A DNA stretch of 64,000 bases, taken from Octopus vulgaris (lineage: Eukaryota). The notes beneath the pieces were generated by a model. It had not been told where the DNA came from, ran no database searches, and worked only from the letters and a program-made list of their open reading frames with translations. Each line of letters opens with the position of its first letter. Positions within the stretch are counted from its first letter, which is position 1. Of the stretch, positions 1 through 13,385 are shown in pieces. The stretch spans positions 28,024,001 through 28,088,000 of the forward strand of contig OX597819.1 in NCBI GenBank assembly GCA_951406725.2, in the 5' to 3' direction. The position numbers and the translations under genes were made by a program.

Positions 1-124
1 ATTCAAAAACTCTAACATTTATCCACAGGTTTTATTCCTTGTCTGCTTATACACATATTCCGGAAAGAAAAGACTGAGTATAGTGGTCAATGTAAGAGGA
101 CTGGATTCTAGTGCTCAGCTTATT

Positions 125-1265
125 TTACCAAACCTGAAAGGATGAAAGGCAAAATTAACTGCAATGGAATTTGGCCTCAGAACCTGAAGTTGGAAGAAAT
201 GCTATTAAGCATTTTGTCTGGCATGGAAGCAATTCTGCCTGCTCACCACCTTACTGCTGCTACTGCTACTACAATAACTACTACTACTACCACTCCTGCT
301 GATGTCACTACCACCACCACCACTACTACTAATAATAATAATAATCTTTTTTACTCTAGGCATAAGGCCCAAAACTTTTAGGGAGGGGGCCACTCAATTA
401 GATTGACCCAGTACACAACTGGTACTTGATTTACGAATCCTGAAAGGATGAAAGGCAAAGTTGACCTCAGTGCAATTTGAACTCAGAATGTAAAGATGGA
501 TGAAATACTGCTAAGCATTTCACCCAGCGTGCTAATGTTTCTGCCAGCTTGCCACCTTAATAATAAGGATAATACTAATAATGTTTTCTTATCAACCGCA
601 AAGCGTTCACAAAAAATATTGGGGACAGTACGGGACAATACAATGTGTGATTACACAAAAAGCATGCAAAAGGTACAAAAACAGTAACACAATGAAATTA
701 TAATAATGAATATTCCCCAAAAGAGGGTGAATTCTTAGGGTTGCTCATGGAGACACCACAAAATCATGGCTACCCTGACCACTCGAGCAAGAGCCCTCTC
801 CTACAAGCACATACTTAGAGTAGGCCTGTTCAACTGCACTATTCTTGTAACATTTTTTTCTACTCTAGGCACAAGGCCCAAAATTGTTAGGGAGGGGTCC
901 AGTCGATTAGATTGACTTCAGTATGCAACTGGTACTTAATTTATCAACCCCAAAAGGATGAAAGGCAAAGTTGAACTTGGTAGAATTTGAACTCAGAACA
1001 TAAAGACAGACAAAATATTGCTAAGCATTTCACCTGGCATGTTAATGTTTCTGCCAGCTTGCCACCATTCTTGTAACATTCACCTAACTTTTAACAAAAT
1101 TGCTGCGAGACAGCACTTCCCCAGACTGACATTATGTCTATCAACCTTGAAAGGATAAAGATTAAAGTCGTCATCAGTGTGACTTAAATTCAGGATGCAA
1201 ATAGCTGGAATGAATACTGTAATGCATTCTACCTAATGCTCTAATGACTCTGCCAACTTGCTGCC
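125..1265 (-). mobile_element. Cluster of about four decayed SINE family A copies (mirrored at ~60430-61725)
   Basis: Repeated gaaaggatgaaaggcaaagttgac...gaatttgaactcagaa...ctgccagcttgcc, the reverse complement of the intact copy at 55823-56050. Confidence 0.8.
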
Positions 1266-1305
1266 TATAAGAGTGCAACTGTGAAATATAAAATAATGAC
1301 CATAC

Positions 1306-1513
1306 TTGCTGAATAGGCTGAGTTCATCGTCGTAGTTGTCAATCCAGCTGCAGCTGCTGCAATATATACAAGCAAGTATTCGGGATTATTGGTAGAAAAT
1401 ACTGCCATGACATCTCCAGGTTTATATCCAGATTTCTTAAAAGCACTTGCTACTTTTAAAGACTTAGAAATTACATCTGAATATGAATATTTAACTCCAG
1501 TCAAACCATTTTC
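1306..1513 (-). CDS. Second ACS/4CL-like copy, coding exon 2 (gene continues past the window start)
   Basis: Near-identical to 61767-61974 (VMAV vs VIAV). Confidence 0.9.
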
Positions 1514-2268
1514 CTGTTGAATTAGAAAAGAAAAAGAAATTGATTAATTAAACAGTAACACGTAAAATTAATCATAATAGTCATCATAATTGTCTTGTTT
1601 TCACCTTCATCACCGTCACAAGCACCACCACCATGACCATCGTTATCATTATCATCATTATAATCAGCAGCAATGAACCCCACCCAATCATCATCATCAT
1701 CATCATTTTATGTATGTCCACTTTTCGCTTCTGGAATAGGTTGAACTGATCTGTTAGTGTCTCAACATTTGCCATAGACCTCCACCATGTGGGACACAAA
1801 GAAAGAGGAAAATGACCATCTTTACTGAGTATGTCACAGTCTTGACATGGTTTTCATGGCTGGATGCCCTTCCTGTTAACTTGTTTTGATAGAAGAAATA
1901 TAACTTTTGAGTAATGTTGTTTTATATCTTTTAATTAAGTCTAGTTCTCAACCATAAAGTTTTAGATTCAGTCCCATTGCCTGGTATTTTGAGAAAGTAG
2001 CTTATATTATAACCCTGAGCCAACCAATGTCTTCTGAGTGGAATTGGTAGATGGAAATTGAAAGAAGCCCATCATATATGTGTTTGGGGTGGTGTCTCTC
2101 TAAATAACTTTGTTATTAACACTTCACTAAATTTACAAATAATTTTAAAATGCATTTTATGATTTAATTTTTAAATTAAATTATGTAAATTTTATGAAAC
2201 ACACAACAAAAGTACAAGAATTGATCATTTTGGATTTGGGAGAGCAATTCTAAATAATCATTTGGTGG

Positions 2269-2368
2269 NNNNNNNNNNNNNNNNNNNNNNNNNNNNNNNN
2301 NNNNNNNNNNNNNNNNNNNNNNNNNNNNNNNNNNNNNNNNNNNNNNNNNNNNNNNNNNNNNNNNNNNN
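2269..2368. other. Assembly gap (100 N)
   Basis: Run of exactly 100 N, a typical scaffold spacer of unknown true size. Confidence 0.99.
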
Positions 2369-2430
2369 TGGTCTGTTTAATGTACTACCAGATCTCCCAT
2401 TGCTATTTCAGCAAATGCAATAATGTCTAT

Positions 2431-2476
2431 AACTTCACTGATGAGGCCATAATAAAACCAAAATATATCTGAAGTT
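2431..2476 (+). ncRNA. Degenerate minimal type-I hammerhead ribozyme motif (Penelope-like)
   Basis: AACTTCA-CTGATGA-GG...CC-(A)AAA-TATA-TC-TGAAGTT: perfect 7-bp stem I, exact CUGAUGA core, but GAAA is mutated to AAAA. Confidence 0.5.
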
Positions 2477-4419
2477 GTCTTCCATACATGTAAAAATTAT
2501 AAAAACAGTGTTAGACTGTCCAGAAGAGTTGCAGGAAATTTCGAAGTCGTTGGGAGACCATGGTTGAAACCAATGGCGATGCTATTGAATAAATTTACTC
2601 TTTAGTATATATTTTTATGTAATTTTGATAAACAATTAAAATGAGATTTTAATTTTTTTTTCATTTTTGTGTAATTTAGACAATTTGTTCACCACATCCT
2701 GTATATATATATATATGTATAGTTTATAGAGCCAATGTAAAGGTAGAATCAACAAAAAAAGTACTCCATCCAGTGAGAGATGAATATCAATTTAATACAC
2801 AACCCAAAAAAGCTACTAATAGTTTCATGCTTTTATGACACTTCAACAAGGCATATTTATAAAATATGCCCTGTATTTCCAAGCAATCTTTAAGGCACTG
2901 TGTATGCATTATATTTATATATATATATATATTAGCCTGCTCGCCTAGCTAGCGAGGTGGCGTCATTCGAAGGCTAAAACAATGCGAACGCATTGTGACC
3001 AGCGATGTGTAGCAACATCTGATGGTTTGGTCGGTCACGTGATCACGTGATATATATATATATATATTAAAAACAAAGATGTTGGACAGTGAGAAATAAA
3101 AAAAAATGTGAACAACAAGATGAAGAAGGTTTTTGCCAAAAATGGAAGGAGAAGAAGGAAATGAAATGAAGAAAACTAGGATCCTATCCTCCCTGATTTC
3201 CAAAACCACAATTAATACAGCTTTATAGAACAAAATAACAGAAAATATGTCAAAGTTTTTTCTTTCTTCTCATTCAATTTTTTGCATTTTTTTCATGTTT
3301 CTTTCCTATTTTCTGACTGTCCAGCATCCTTGTTTTTAAAATATATATAATGCTTAAACAGAGGCTGAAAAATTGCTCGGAGATTCATGCCTAGTTTTGT
3401 AAATATGCTTAGTTAAAGTATCATAAAACCTAAATCTAGTAGCTCTGTCTCACTTTGGCAACTCTTTCTTTTTCTTTTCTCACTTTCTCTCACTTTCTTT
3501 CACTCACTCTCTCTCTCTCTCTTACTCTCACTCTGGTGGTAGTGGTGGTGGTGGTGACAGTGGTGCTGGTAGCAGCGGTGGTAGTGGTAATGGTGGTGGT
3601 GGTGGTCATAATGAAATGTTGTTGCTGTTGCAGTTCTTTTGAGTGACATTCAAACATTTTATTTGTTGTACTTAAAAAAAAAGGACTCCTACTTTGATTC
3701 TCAACCATAAATTTTGCTAAAAAGATTACTTTCCTACCACCACTGCCAAACACTACTGCCGAACCACCAATACCTTCAACCATTACCTCTACTCATATAC
3801 CACCACCATCATCACCATCATCGCAATCAGCCACTGTTGTTACCACAACCACCACCTTCACTCCATACAGACTTTATAAGTAAGATATTAAATCTTCTAT
3901 CAGTGGTGATCAGTGCTTGGACTTGAGATGCAAATTATCAGTTTTAATTACGTACATTTACTTCATAATTAGCTTAAAGTCAAGTGATGGTAGCAACACT
4001 GTATAATAAAATACTATATAAGAATAATGAGGATGAAGATGGCAATGAGGACAACACACACACACACACACACAGAGTCTATAGCCTGCAGTGGTAATAC
4101 AACAAGGATAATAAACAAACAGAAAACCCCTTCCGGTGCTACACCAAACCTCCACCGACGACTTACACTGCAGTATGTAGGTGTGGGTGAGGAGGAAGGT
4201 AGAGATTCAACACTTACTTAGATGCTTCATTCATTTATACGGCTGTCCGTCCATACATACATACATACATACATACACGAGTGTGTGTGTTTGTCCTCCA
4301 CCACCATTTAACAGCTGGTCCTGATTCATTTCCATCCCTGCAACCTAGCAGTTTGGCAAAAAGAAACAGATAGAAACAAGTAAAAGGAAAAAGGTAAAAA
4401 TATATATATTCATACTTAC

Positions 4420-4716
4420 AATGAGTGGCCTGTCTTTGTATTGTTCTAATTGAGAGAGTATAAAAGAACCAAAGTCCACATTGTCAGGTATAGTTAGTGG
4501 TTTGTATGCACTTTCAATAATACCCGCTTTAGTCTGCTGTAGACAGCATGTTGTACTAAATGGGTAACACGAAATGGGAATAGATGAACAACTTTTATAT
4601 TTGCCATGATTTAACAACCATGAGACATTCTTTTGACATTTTTGTGTAGTCCCAGATTTCGAAATAATCTTTGAAGTTAAGCTGTATAAATTTGGTCTTA
4701 AAGAATTTTGTAACAT
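4420..4716 (-). CDS. Second ACS/4CL-like copy, coding exon 1
   Basis: Near-identical to 63513-63809 (one amino-acid difference, LNHGK vs LNYGK); same splice sites. Confidence 0.85.
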
Positions 4717-4984
4717 ATTTGCTGATCTGCAATAGAATATAAAGAATATAAAGGAATTACAATCAAATATTCCATATTGCATACTTCATATTTAATATTT
4801 CATATTTTTGTAATCAATAAATAATGAATAATGAATATAAAAATAAATTAATATAAAAAAGAAAAAGTTAAGATGTAACTATGTATCAAAAGATAACAAT
4901 CACTGAGCTCTCTCCTATGATGAGTCTTACTGCTTCTACAACTTTCAAGATATAATCGAGATATAATTAGATGTCTGCAATATC

Positions 4985-5395
4985 AAGCACCAATCGTCCA
5001 ACACCAATGAAGTTGGAAGTAGCCAACTTTGGTAAACAGAAATGATGTTATTCTCCAGCATGACAATGCATGGCCACACTCTTCAAAACAAACTAAGAAA
5101 AAAATAAGATTGTAAAGATGGGAAATTCTTCCACATCCTCCATGCTCACTTGACTTAACACCAACAGATTTCTGTCTGTTCCAATCATTAGAACATCTTG
5201 TAATAGGCAAAACATTAGAAAGAGAGGGCAAGAAATAGGTTTCTTTGAACATGACATAAAAAAAAGTTACTTTTCGATTGGGCTGCAGGCACTGAAAACG
5301 ACGGGGGTTATATTCTTGATTAAAACTATAAAGATAAATGTAATTTACATTTGTTTTTATATCTATTCAGATAAAACTTTCTGAACACCCTTATA
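4985..5395 (+). mobile_element. Mariner transposase 3' remnant with right TIR
   Basis: The + strand reads LQHDNAWPH...WEILPHPPCSLDLTPTDFCLF (decayed HDNARPH / YSPDLAPSD) and ends aactttctgaacaccctta. Confidence 0.8.
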
Positions 5396-6359
5396 TATAT
5401 ATATATATATATACACACACATACATATATGTATGTATGTATGTATGTGCATATATACACACACACACACACACATATATATATATTTAAACAATGGTGA
5501 TGATATATATATATATATATACATAAATACTTATTTAGAGAATGCTAGTTATTGCTGGTTTATAGCGTTACCCAGGTTTTTGTGTCCATAAAGTGCTTAG
5601 CTTTCAACACGTCATCAAACCCTAATGGCCGGTGGCCATTAGAGTCTGATGATATTGATGATGTTGATGGTGGTGGGGGGGGTGACAAAAATCAGCTGTG
5701 TTCAGATCTAGAGAGAGATAGGCTCCAAGAAGTTTAAAATGCTCAAAACACAATACAATGTCACAACAGTATTCCTGTGACCCCATCTGGTGTTTTCAGG
5801 ATCTACCATCAACCCCACTACCACCTTAGAGCTTTATCCACTTGCAGCATGAAATAAGTAAAAAAAAAAAAAAAATTCTGGATTCATATTTTAAAACTTA
5901 ACTTTATATCACACTTAGAAAACAACAGCATCAATCTTGGTTATAGATTTAAAAAGAAATTTAAAAAAAAACAACAAAAAAAGAAAGGAAAACAGGGGCC
6001 AATCACTGGTTCACTATATTTCATATGATATCATTGACAAGGCAGTGACTGTTATATGTGCATAACATATATCAGAAAGCACTTGCTTGTCTTTTTCTTT
6101 TGCTGGATGGAGCAGGGAGATATGTGGACATTGGTTGATAAGAAAGTATAAAGAATCTTGTTGGATATTATAACCAAAAGTAACATTTGCATGATCTAGT
6201 GGTTAAAGTGTTGGGCTCTAACATGTGGCAGGTTTCTTTCAGCTTCCATAAAAAAAAGATCCACTTACAAGGCGACTATAGTAGAAGATTTTTGCTGTAA
6301 ATTGAAAATGACATTGTTGCAAAGTGAAATTCTTAACCACACATGTTAATAGGAGAGCT

Positions 6360-6510
6360 TTAACCCTTCAGCATTTAAACCAGCCATATCCGACCCAAAT
6401 ATTCTACCTGTTTTATCTTCAAACTGGCCAGATCCAACTTCTCACACTTATTCTACAATGTCATTGTAAAAATATACAGTTGCATCATTAAAATCTCAAT
6501 GCTGATTAGA
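6360..6510 (+). mobile_element. piggyBac-type non-autonomous element end (partial)
   Basis: Starts TTAA-CCCTT; no partner end found. Confidence 0.35.
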
Positions 6511-7319
6511 TTTTGGGATCAATGTGCTACTGGACAAGGATTCTGGATTATTTGTTATATTTACTTTACATGATTACAATCTTACGTTACCTTTCAAGGC
6601 TGTAACTATTTTGAATGGTGAATTTGTTAACTTTGGCTTGCATAAGATAAGGATAAACTATTTATTACTGTTACTAAATTTTCTACAGCCACCTTCACAT
6701 TCCATGACTACCATTGGGGTTAATCAGGTACCGGACAAGGATTCTGGATTATTTTTCCGGTTTATTTACTTAAGTTTTGAAAGTGGTCGGGGTTCATTTT
6801 TAGTATTCTCGTTTGTGGGAGCAGTCAAGTTTATTTCAGATATTCTCATTTTAAAAATCATCTCCAGCTAATCATTGAGAGGTGTTGCCTTAGAGGAGCT
6901 TTGCACTCTCTGAGTTCTCTCGTTTTCAAATTAAAAAGTATCTCTCTTTTGAAAAATTATAGAGTAAGTACAATAAAAGAGACAACTGAAAGCATATACT
7001 GAGACAAGTAGTCAAATAAAGCATGTTTATAGCAGGTTTGTGGGTTGATCTGTTTAACCAGCTGAGCTGACTGACATTACTAAAAAATATGGGCTCCATC
7101 TGTTTCCAAGATGAATGTTTTTGCCTAGTGTGTTGACAGGACTTTCTTGGACTCAATCTCAATTTCAGTCAGCTGTGATGTACCACACAGTTCAGTTATT
7201 AACCCACATTCTTTCTTCTTAATGATATACACACACAGTTATATATATTTATCTTCAATAAAACATAAATCTGAAAGAGAAGCTCATTCTAAGTTATAGA
7301 GCAGTAGAATACATAAAGA

Positions 7320-7475
7320 TAGATATGGCTGGTCTATGGGCTCACCCAAGGCTTCACATCCATAAAGCGCTTAGCTTTACAGTGTTTCTCCAGACCCTAA
7401 AACCCTAGGGTCTGAAAAAGTGCTAAGTACTTTATGGATGTGAAACCCAGGGTAACACCATAGACCAGCCATATC
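7320..7475. mobile_element. Palindromic MITE-like hairpin (~155 bp)
   Basis: agatatggctggtctatgg...tcacatccataaagcgcttagc pairs with gctaagtactttatggatgtga...ccatagaccagccatatct; a related half-copy lies at ~5552-5625. Confidence 0.6.
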
Positions 7476-7559
7476 TCTCTCTCTCTCTACACACACATAT
7501 ATATATATATATCCATACATATGCACATACATTTTGAGAGAGTTGGAAGTGTAGTGGGA

Positions 7560-8175
7560 TCACAAGCAAGCTAACAACAAAGGTTGCCTTCATATATGGC
7601 AGGTGCACATGGATTAAGCATGAAGAGTGAAGGGTATCCAGGAAATAGACACTCTCATCTGCCCAAATAGTTCCCTAGTAATTTCTGTTATCTAGGTGAT
7701 AACTCATGAAAGTGGGTGCTTTGAGAGCATAGTAGCCAGAATAAGAACAGGTTAGAAAAAGTTCAAACAGCTACTACCACAGCTGGTAAACAAAATCCCC
7801 TCTCCCTTAGAGTCAAAGGCAGATTGAATGATGCTTGAGTTTGAAGTGTGATGATACATGGTAGTGAGACATGGGCCTTAAATGCAGAAGTTCTGCTAAG
7901 AGTACAAAGAATTGAAGCTAGCATGCTTTGCTTGATGTTTAATGTTAGTGTACATGAATAATGGGGTACAAATGACCTGAGGGAAAAGCTGCAAGGGGAA
8001 TCAGATGTCATATATAAGAGACATGGGCATGTGATGTGTACGAAAATCAACAGCTACATAAAAAGTGCGAAGTACTTTAAGTGAATAGAGCCTGTGATAG
8101 TGAAAGAGCTAGAAAGACCCCAGACAAGGTGATGAAAACCAATCTCAAGATGTTGAGCCTCACAGAAGAGATGTG
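7560..8175 (+). mobile_element. Decayed RTE-clade LINE ORF2 3' fragment
   Basis: Homologous to 20860-21590 and 51600-52050 (HGSETWAL...R.EASML motif region). Confidence 0.7.
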
Positions 8176-9172
8176 TTTTGAATCATATTTTGTCATCATC
8201 TATTTGAGTGGTAGACTACTTAATCTATTGCCTAGTCTAGCAACACTATCTGATCCAAGCATTTAAGCCAGGTTTCCAGTTTGAGAATATTTCTTCCGCT
8301 CCTCCTTTCTACTCAGAAGCTCTGTACAGGGTTATTGGCACAGCTTTGCTTTCTGGCTAAGCGACAAAAAAAAAAAACAAAAAAAAATTCGTGGTTAGAA
8401 AATAGCTATTGAAGCTAGAAAAGGGCTGCTTATAATATATTTTTTTTTTGTATTTAATATTGAATATATGACGTCAGTAACAAAATTCTAAAAGCAAAAA
8501 ACTTGGTGTTTTTCATTCATTATAAAAAAAAACAAAACAATCCTTCCATGTTACGATACAAACTAGTAAATATTATGTACTATGTAATGTATCAGATAGT
8601 ACCCGCTCACAAAATACTAAAAGCAGCGAAATAAAAACAACAGTAATGATGCAGCAAGCAGTTTAGCAGTAGTGGTGGTGGAGAAGGAAGTGTATTTATG
8701 TTGACGTGATTATAACTAGGATTATGCGTATACATTCTTAAGTTGTTGTTTACCGAAAGGTCAAAAATCAGAACAGAAATTGTTGAAACTTGTTTTGTAT
8801 AGCAGGGTTTCATTACTGATGTAATACGGTTGTTTTTCAATCAGAAGTAAACCTACCACCTAAATAAAAGCAAAAACAAATAAACTTAGATAATAAAGAT
8901 AATTCTTTATTCATTTATATTTAGAATTATCAGTGAAATATCAACGACCTATTTGATAAAGGTGGTTCACATTGCTGAAGTATTTTTAACATTACAAAAA
9001 AAAAAAAAAAAAAAAAACTTGCAACAGCGGGAACTCGGCTAACAGTCCCCATGGGAAGACAGGGTTGGGTAAACCGGGTAAACTATTAAGTCCACTGCCC
9101 AAGAATATGAACGGTCCCTGTGGCAAGCTTTTATACAATCGGTGTCCAGATGAAAAAGTACTGGAGGGATAT

Positions 9173-9545
9173 GGATGGATGGAAGCACTCCGTCGGTTAC
9201 GACGATGAGGGTTCCGGTTGATCCGAATCAACGGAACAGCCTGCTCGTGAAATTAACGTGTAAGGGCTGAGCACTCCACAGACACGTGCACCCTTAACGT
9301 AGTTCTCGGGGATATTCAGCGTGATACAGTGACAAGGCCGGCCCTTTGAAATACAGGTACAACAGAAACAGGAAGTAAGAGTGAGAGAAAGTTGTGGTGA
9401 AAGAGTACAGCAGGGATCACCACCATCCCCTGCCGGAGCCTCGTGGAGCTTTTAGGTGTATTCGCTCAATAAACACTCACAACGCCCGGCCTGGGAATCG
9501 AAACCGCGATCCTATGACCTAACCACTGGGCCATTGCGCCTCCAC
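9173..9545 (-). mobile_element. tRNA-headed SINE family C, young insertion with 14-bp TSD
   Basis: Head GGAGGCGCAATGGCCCAGTGGTTAGG (A box), B box GTTTCGATTCCC, (TCCA)n tail; TSD TACTGGAGGGATAT at 9159-9172 and 9546-9559. Confidence 0.9.
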
Positions 9546-11169
9546 TACTGGAGGGATATAACCAACAGGGAAAGGGAAAATAGACTTGCAAATATGGGAA
9601 CAAGTGAGGTTGAATCTCACAGATGAAATGACAAAAAGATTTTAAAAAGTGACAATAATACTGAATTACAGAGCCTCCCAGCCCTTGTGAAAACAAGGTT
9701 AGGGATCTTTTCACTTTGACCGGCAGATTTTTAAAATAATTAAAAGATCCTTTTTTTCTGCATACTTAGCTTACTAGCTCGCTTCTGGTGGTACAGGCGT
9801 GGAGGATAAAGTAAGTTGAGTATACAAAGAAGGATTCCAATTTCAGCCAAACCACTTAGGTCACTTACGCTGTTAACGAAAGATATTAACAGCAACGTGA
9901 AATGAATTGGTTTCCTCTGAGAAGGATTGGAATATCTGATAGTTAAGTGTTTTAGTCACGAGCACGCCTATCAATAGAGACCATTATGTTTGCAACTAGG
10001 TGCTGTGTGACGAAGAAGTTTATTTCGCAACTATGTGGTTTCTGGTTCAGTTTCAATGCACGGCACTTTGTGGGGGAGGTCTTCCACCATACATACCCTC
10101 AGATCAACAAAAACTTTGTTGAGCGAAATTTGGTAGACTGAAACTATGTAGGAACCCTTTAGAGTGACTGTTTCTTTGGTTTTGTGGTAGACTTTAATCT
10201 GTTGTCTAAAACTTCAAAACTGTATTTAAGCACTTGACATACCCACAGAAGTGTGCTCTCTCACCGAATTTGTTTCCTCATAACTTTCAGAAAAATGGAT
10301 ATTTTTAAATATACGCTTCAATTGGTATAGATTCCGTTTATAATAAAATTTGTTGTGAGGAAAGGAGTTACTTAAAATTTACACGAGTAGACTTTATTTC
10401 TCCTTAAGATGCAGAAAAACGGGTATTTTTTAATGAAACTTTCTACATTTACATTTCAGATGATGTAAATTACAATTATATCGGAATTTAACGTGCAAAA
10501 AATATTTGTGGGCGCACACACATACATACTGACACGCAAACGAAACTTGAAATTTTGAAACAAATTGTTATATATCTACTATATATGTGGGGAATCGGTG
10601 TGTGTTTGTTTGTGACGTTGTTAACTCCTCCTACATAGTTTTATTGATTTATGGTGACACGCGAAGTACAAATTCGAAGCTATTTAAAGCGTTGTTACCC
10701 AGAGTTTTTCGTTCCTAGCCCTCACTTGAATTCCATTGAGGACTTAGGGAAATTATACGGTCTGCATACTAGCATGTACCAATGTATAAAACAAAAAATT
10801 TTTTTATTTCTGTAGAAAACTTCTATATAATAAGCATTTCTATAAAAAAATTCAATGAAAACTTCCGTGGTGAACTTAGAAAAATGAACATATAATGTAA
10901 AATATATTGTTAAACAGTCAAGTAGGGATCGTTTTAACAATGAAGAAAGCATGGATATGCATTTTAGGTTAAAGTGGTTTCATTTTGGAGCGGAAGCAAA
11001 CAATCCTTATAGAATCTACTATATGTGATTTTTTCAATTGGATGAACTAAAAGTCGCAGGGGGACAGGATAAACTACCTGCATCATCTTGCTATAAAAAC
11101 AGGTAGTAATTCTACCTTGTCCTTATTCTTAGAGCATTTTTGAGATGTGTAGTTCGTGTTACTGTTATT

Positions 11170-12180
11170 TGAGTTATTGTTGTGTTCGCTGAAGTTTGGT
11201 TTTTGCTGCCTTGTGGCGGTCTGGTTGTGCTTTCCCTCCTCATAGAGAGGGATGGGCCGGGTGTAGAAATGGAGGATGTCAGGTGGCAGCTGCACTGAGC
11301 TGTCCGATTCCGAACAGTCAGACATTTCATGGACCACTATGAGCAGGAGGGCAGGGCAGGGCAGGATAGAGGCTTCGCGGAGGTGGTGGGCATGTCAAAG
11401 TGCCATGTGAAGTGGAGCGAGTGGAGGGGCTGTTCAAGGGTGATGATACGGGAGGGAACTGGGATGGAAGTGAGCGCTCCAATGGAGGTGGTTATTGGCG
11501 GGATGGAGTGCACGGCAACATGTGGAACACACTCGGTGGCCGCAGGAGGAATAAACCGACAAGGTGGCGATATTGCCGATGTATCATGGAAGGTGTTCCA
11601 TGGGGGGAGTCCCTCCAGAAGTCGACGTAGCTTGGATGGCAGCCGCTGTCTTGCTCGGTAATGAGGAAGAAATAGCGGTTCTCCAGGTGGAACAGAAGGC
11701 GAATGGGAGACACCAGGCAAGAAAAGAAAAAGGAAGAAACCACAGAACCACACCACACCCAACACCCACTCACGCCCTCTTCCTCCACCCGCTCCCTACA
11801 GGCATTGAATCTACCCGTCCCTCTCCAACACACAAACAAATACATTCAGAGACAAGCCGTTCAACCTCCCTACCTCCCCCAAAAAGGTAACTATGCGATT
11901 ATGTATAACAGTACCAATAAGGGTCTGTGTGAGGAAATAAAAAGATGGAAAAATGACACTCGCAAATTCGACAGTGTCCAAGGGTAGCATTGCTGTCTGT
12001 TGTCAGACGAAGATCGGTAGGAAAAAAACCAAAGAATTCAAAGAGGATTTAAAATGTGGGAAGTGGAACTAGATATTGAAAAGTTACCATGGAACATGGA
12101 TTTCATGCAACTACTAAAGGAGTACGGGTTCGACATCTTGGAAGGCACCAGGTACAAAAAAAAAAAAGAAAATGAACAAA
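11170..12180 (+). mobile_element. GC-rich decayed non-LTR retrotransposon ORF1-like fragment (L1/Tx1-like)
   Basis: Frame-shifted pieces ILPMYHGR.SMGGVPPEVDVAWMAAAVL and GEWETPGKKRKRKK resemble LINE ORF1 sequence; no continuous ORF. Confidence 0.4.
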
Positions 12181-12318
12181 GGTATAAATGAAGTAACTCA
12201 GAGGTGGGGCTGAGAAAACTTCATTTCATCTCTAATTTTTATTTTGTCATTCATTGTAACATACGCTTTTTGTTCTTTTTCTTATTACATTGTTGTTTTT
12301 TTAAAATTTGTTATATGT

Positions 12319-12645
12319 AGTCCCACTGTGTGGCACCATGGGCAAGTGTTTTCTACTATAGCCTCGGGCCGACCAAAGCCTTGTGAGTGGATTTGGTAGA
12401 CGGAAACTGAAAGAAGCCTGTCGTATATATGTATATATATATATGTATGTGTGTTTGTCCCCCTAGCATTGCTTGACAACCGATGCTGGCGTGTTTATGT
12501 CCCCGTCACTTAGCGGTTCGGCAAAAAGAGACCGATAGAATAAGTACTGGGCTTACAAAGAATAAGTCCCGGGGTCGAGTTGCTCGACTTAAGGCGGTGC
12601 TCCAGCATGGTCGCAGTCAACTGACTGAAACAAGTAATAGAGTAA
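12319..12645 (+). mobile_element. SINE family B (5'-truncated)
   Basis: Matches the full copy at 18268-18640. Confidence 0.9.
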
Positions 12646-12699
12646 TGTCCCCACATGTCCTTGTATTGTCCCCTCTATGTCTGCCTCTTGTGGTCAATA

Positions 12700-13385
12700 A
12701 AAAAAAAATCACCTTATTCTTAGTGCACGTTTTGAAGTGTGTAGTTCAATTTTAACAGTTATTTTTTCAAGGCTATAATGGAAGTGACAAAGGAGCATAC
12801 TCGGCATATTCTGCATTATGAATTCAATAAAGGCAACAACACAACAGAAAGTGTGAGGAATGTTAATGCAGTATATGGGGATCAGACAATAAGCGTAAGC
12901 CAGTGTCTTACTGAAAAAGTATTTTTTATCACAGACAAGTAAATTTTGGAAAAAGGGGCGGATCTTTTCGGTTTGAACGCCAGTTTTTTAAAATAATTTC
13001 CACGTAACTAAACACTTTTAAACTTCGTATATTGGTAGAATGTGTTTATAAAACATCTTTTTCTCTCGGCTTTATTGAGAAAATTCTATAGTTTGTAAGA
13101 TATTTGTTGTTTTTTTCTTCAATTTCTGCAATTTCAACCAATCAATGACGTCTATTGAGGTGAAAACAGTCTGTGCCGTATGAATATGTCCCTCGTTTAA
13201 GAAACAGATTGGGTTTATTTACATTTCTGAAGAAAAAAAGATACCCTTCCCCCTACCCCTAACCATAAAATAGATCGATACTAGAGTCATAATTATGGGT
13301 GACAATTTTATATGACACCTCTAGAAAAAACTGCCGTTCAAACCGAAAAGATCCAAAAACTGCATTATTTATTCGATAACCCAAG

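Larger units (their letters stand above)
1..4929. repeat. Direct segmental duplicate of 60309-64000
   Basis: Colinear high-identity match including introns, SINEs and microsatellites. The offset shifts from 60308 to ~59093 because of indels. Confidence 0.95.
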
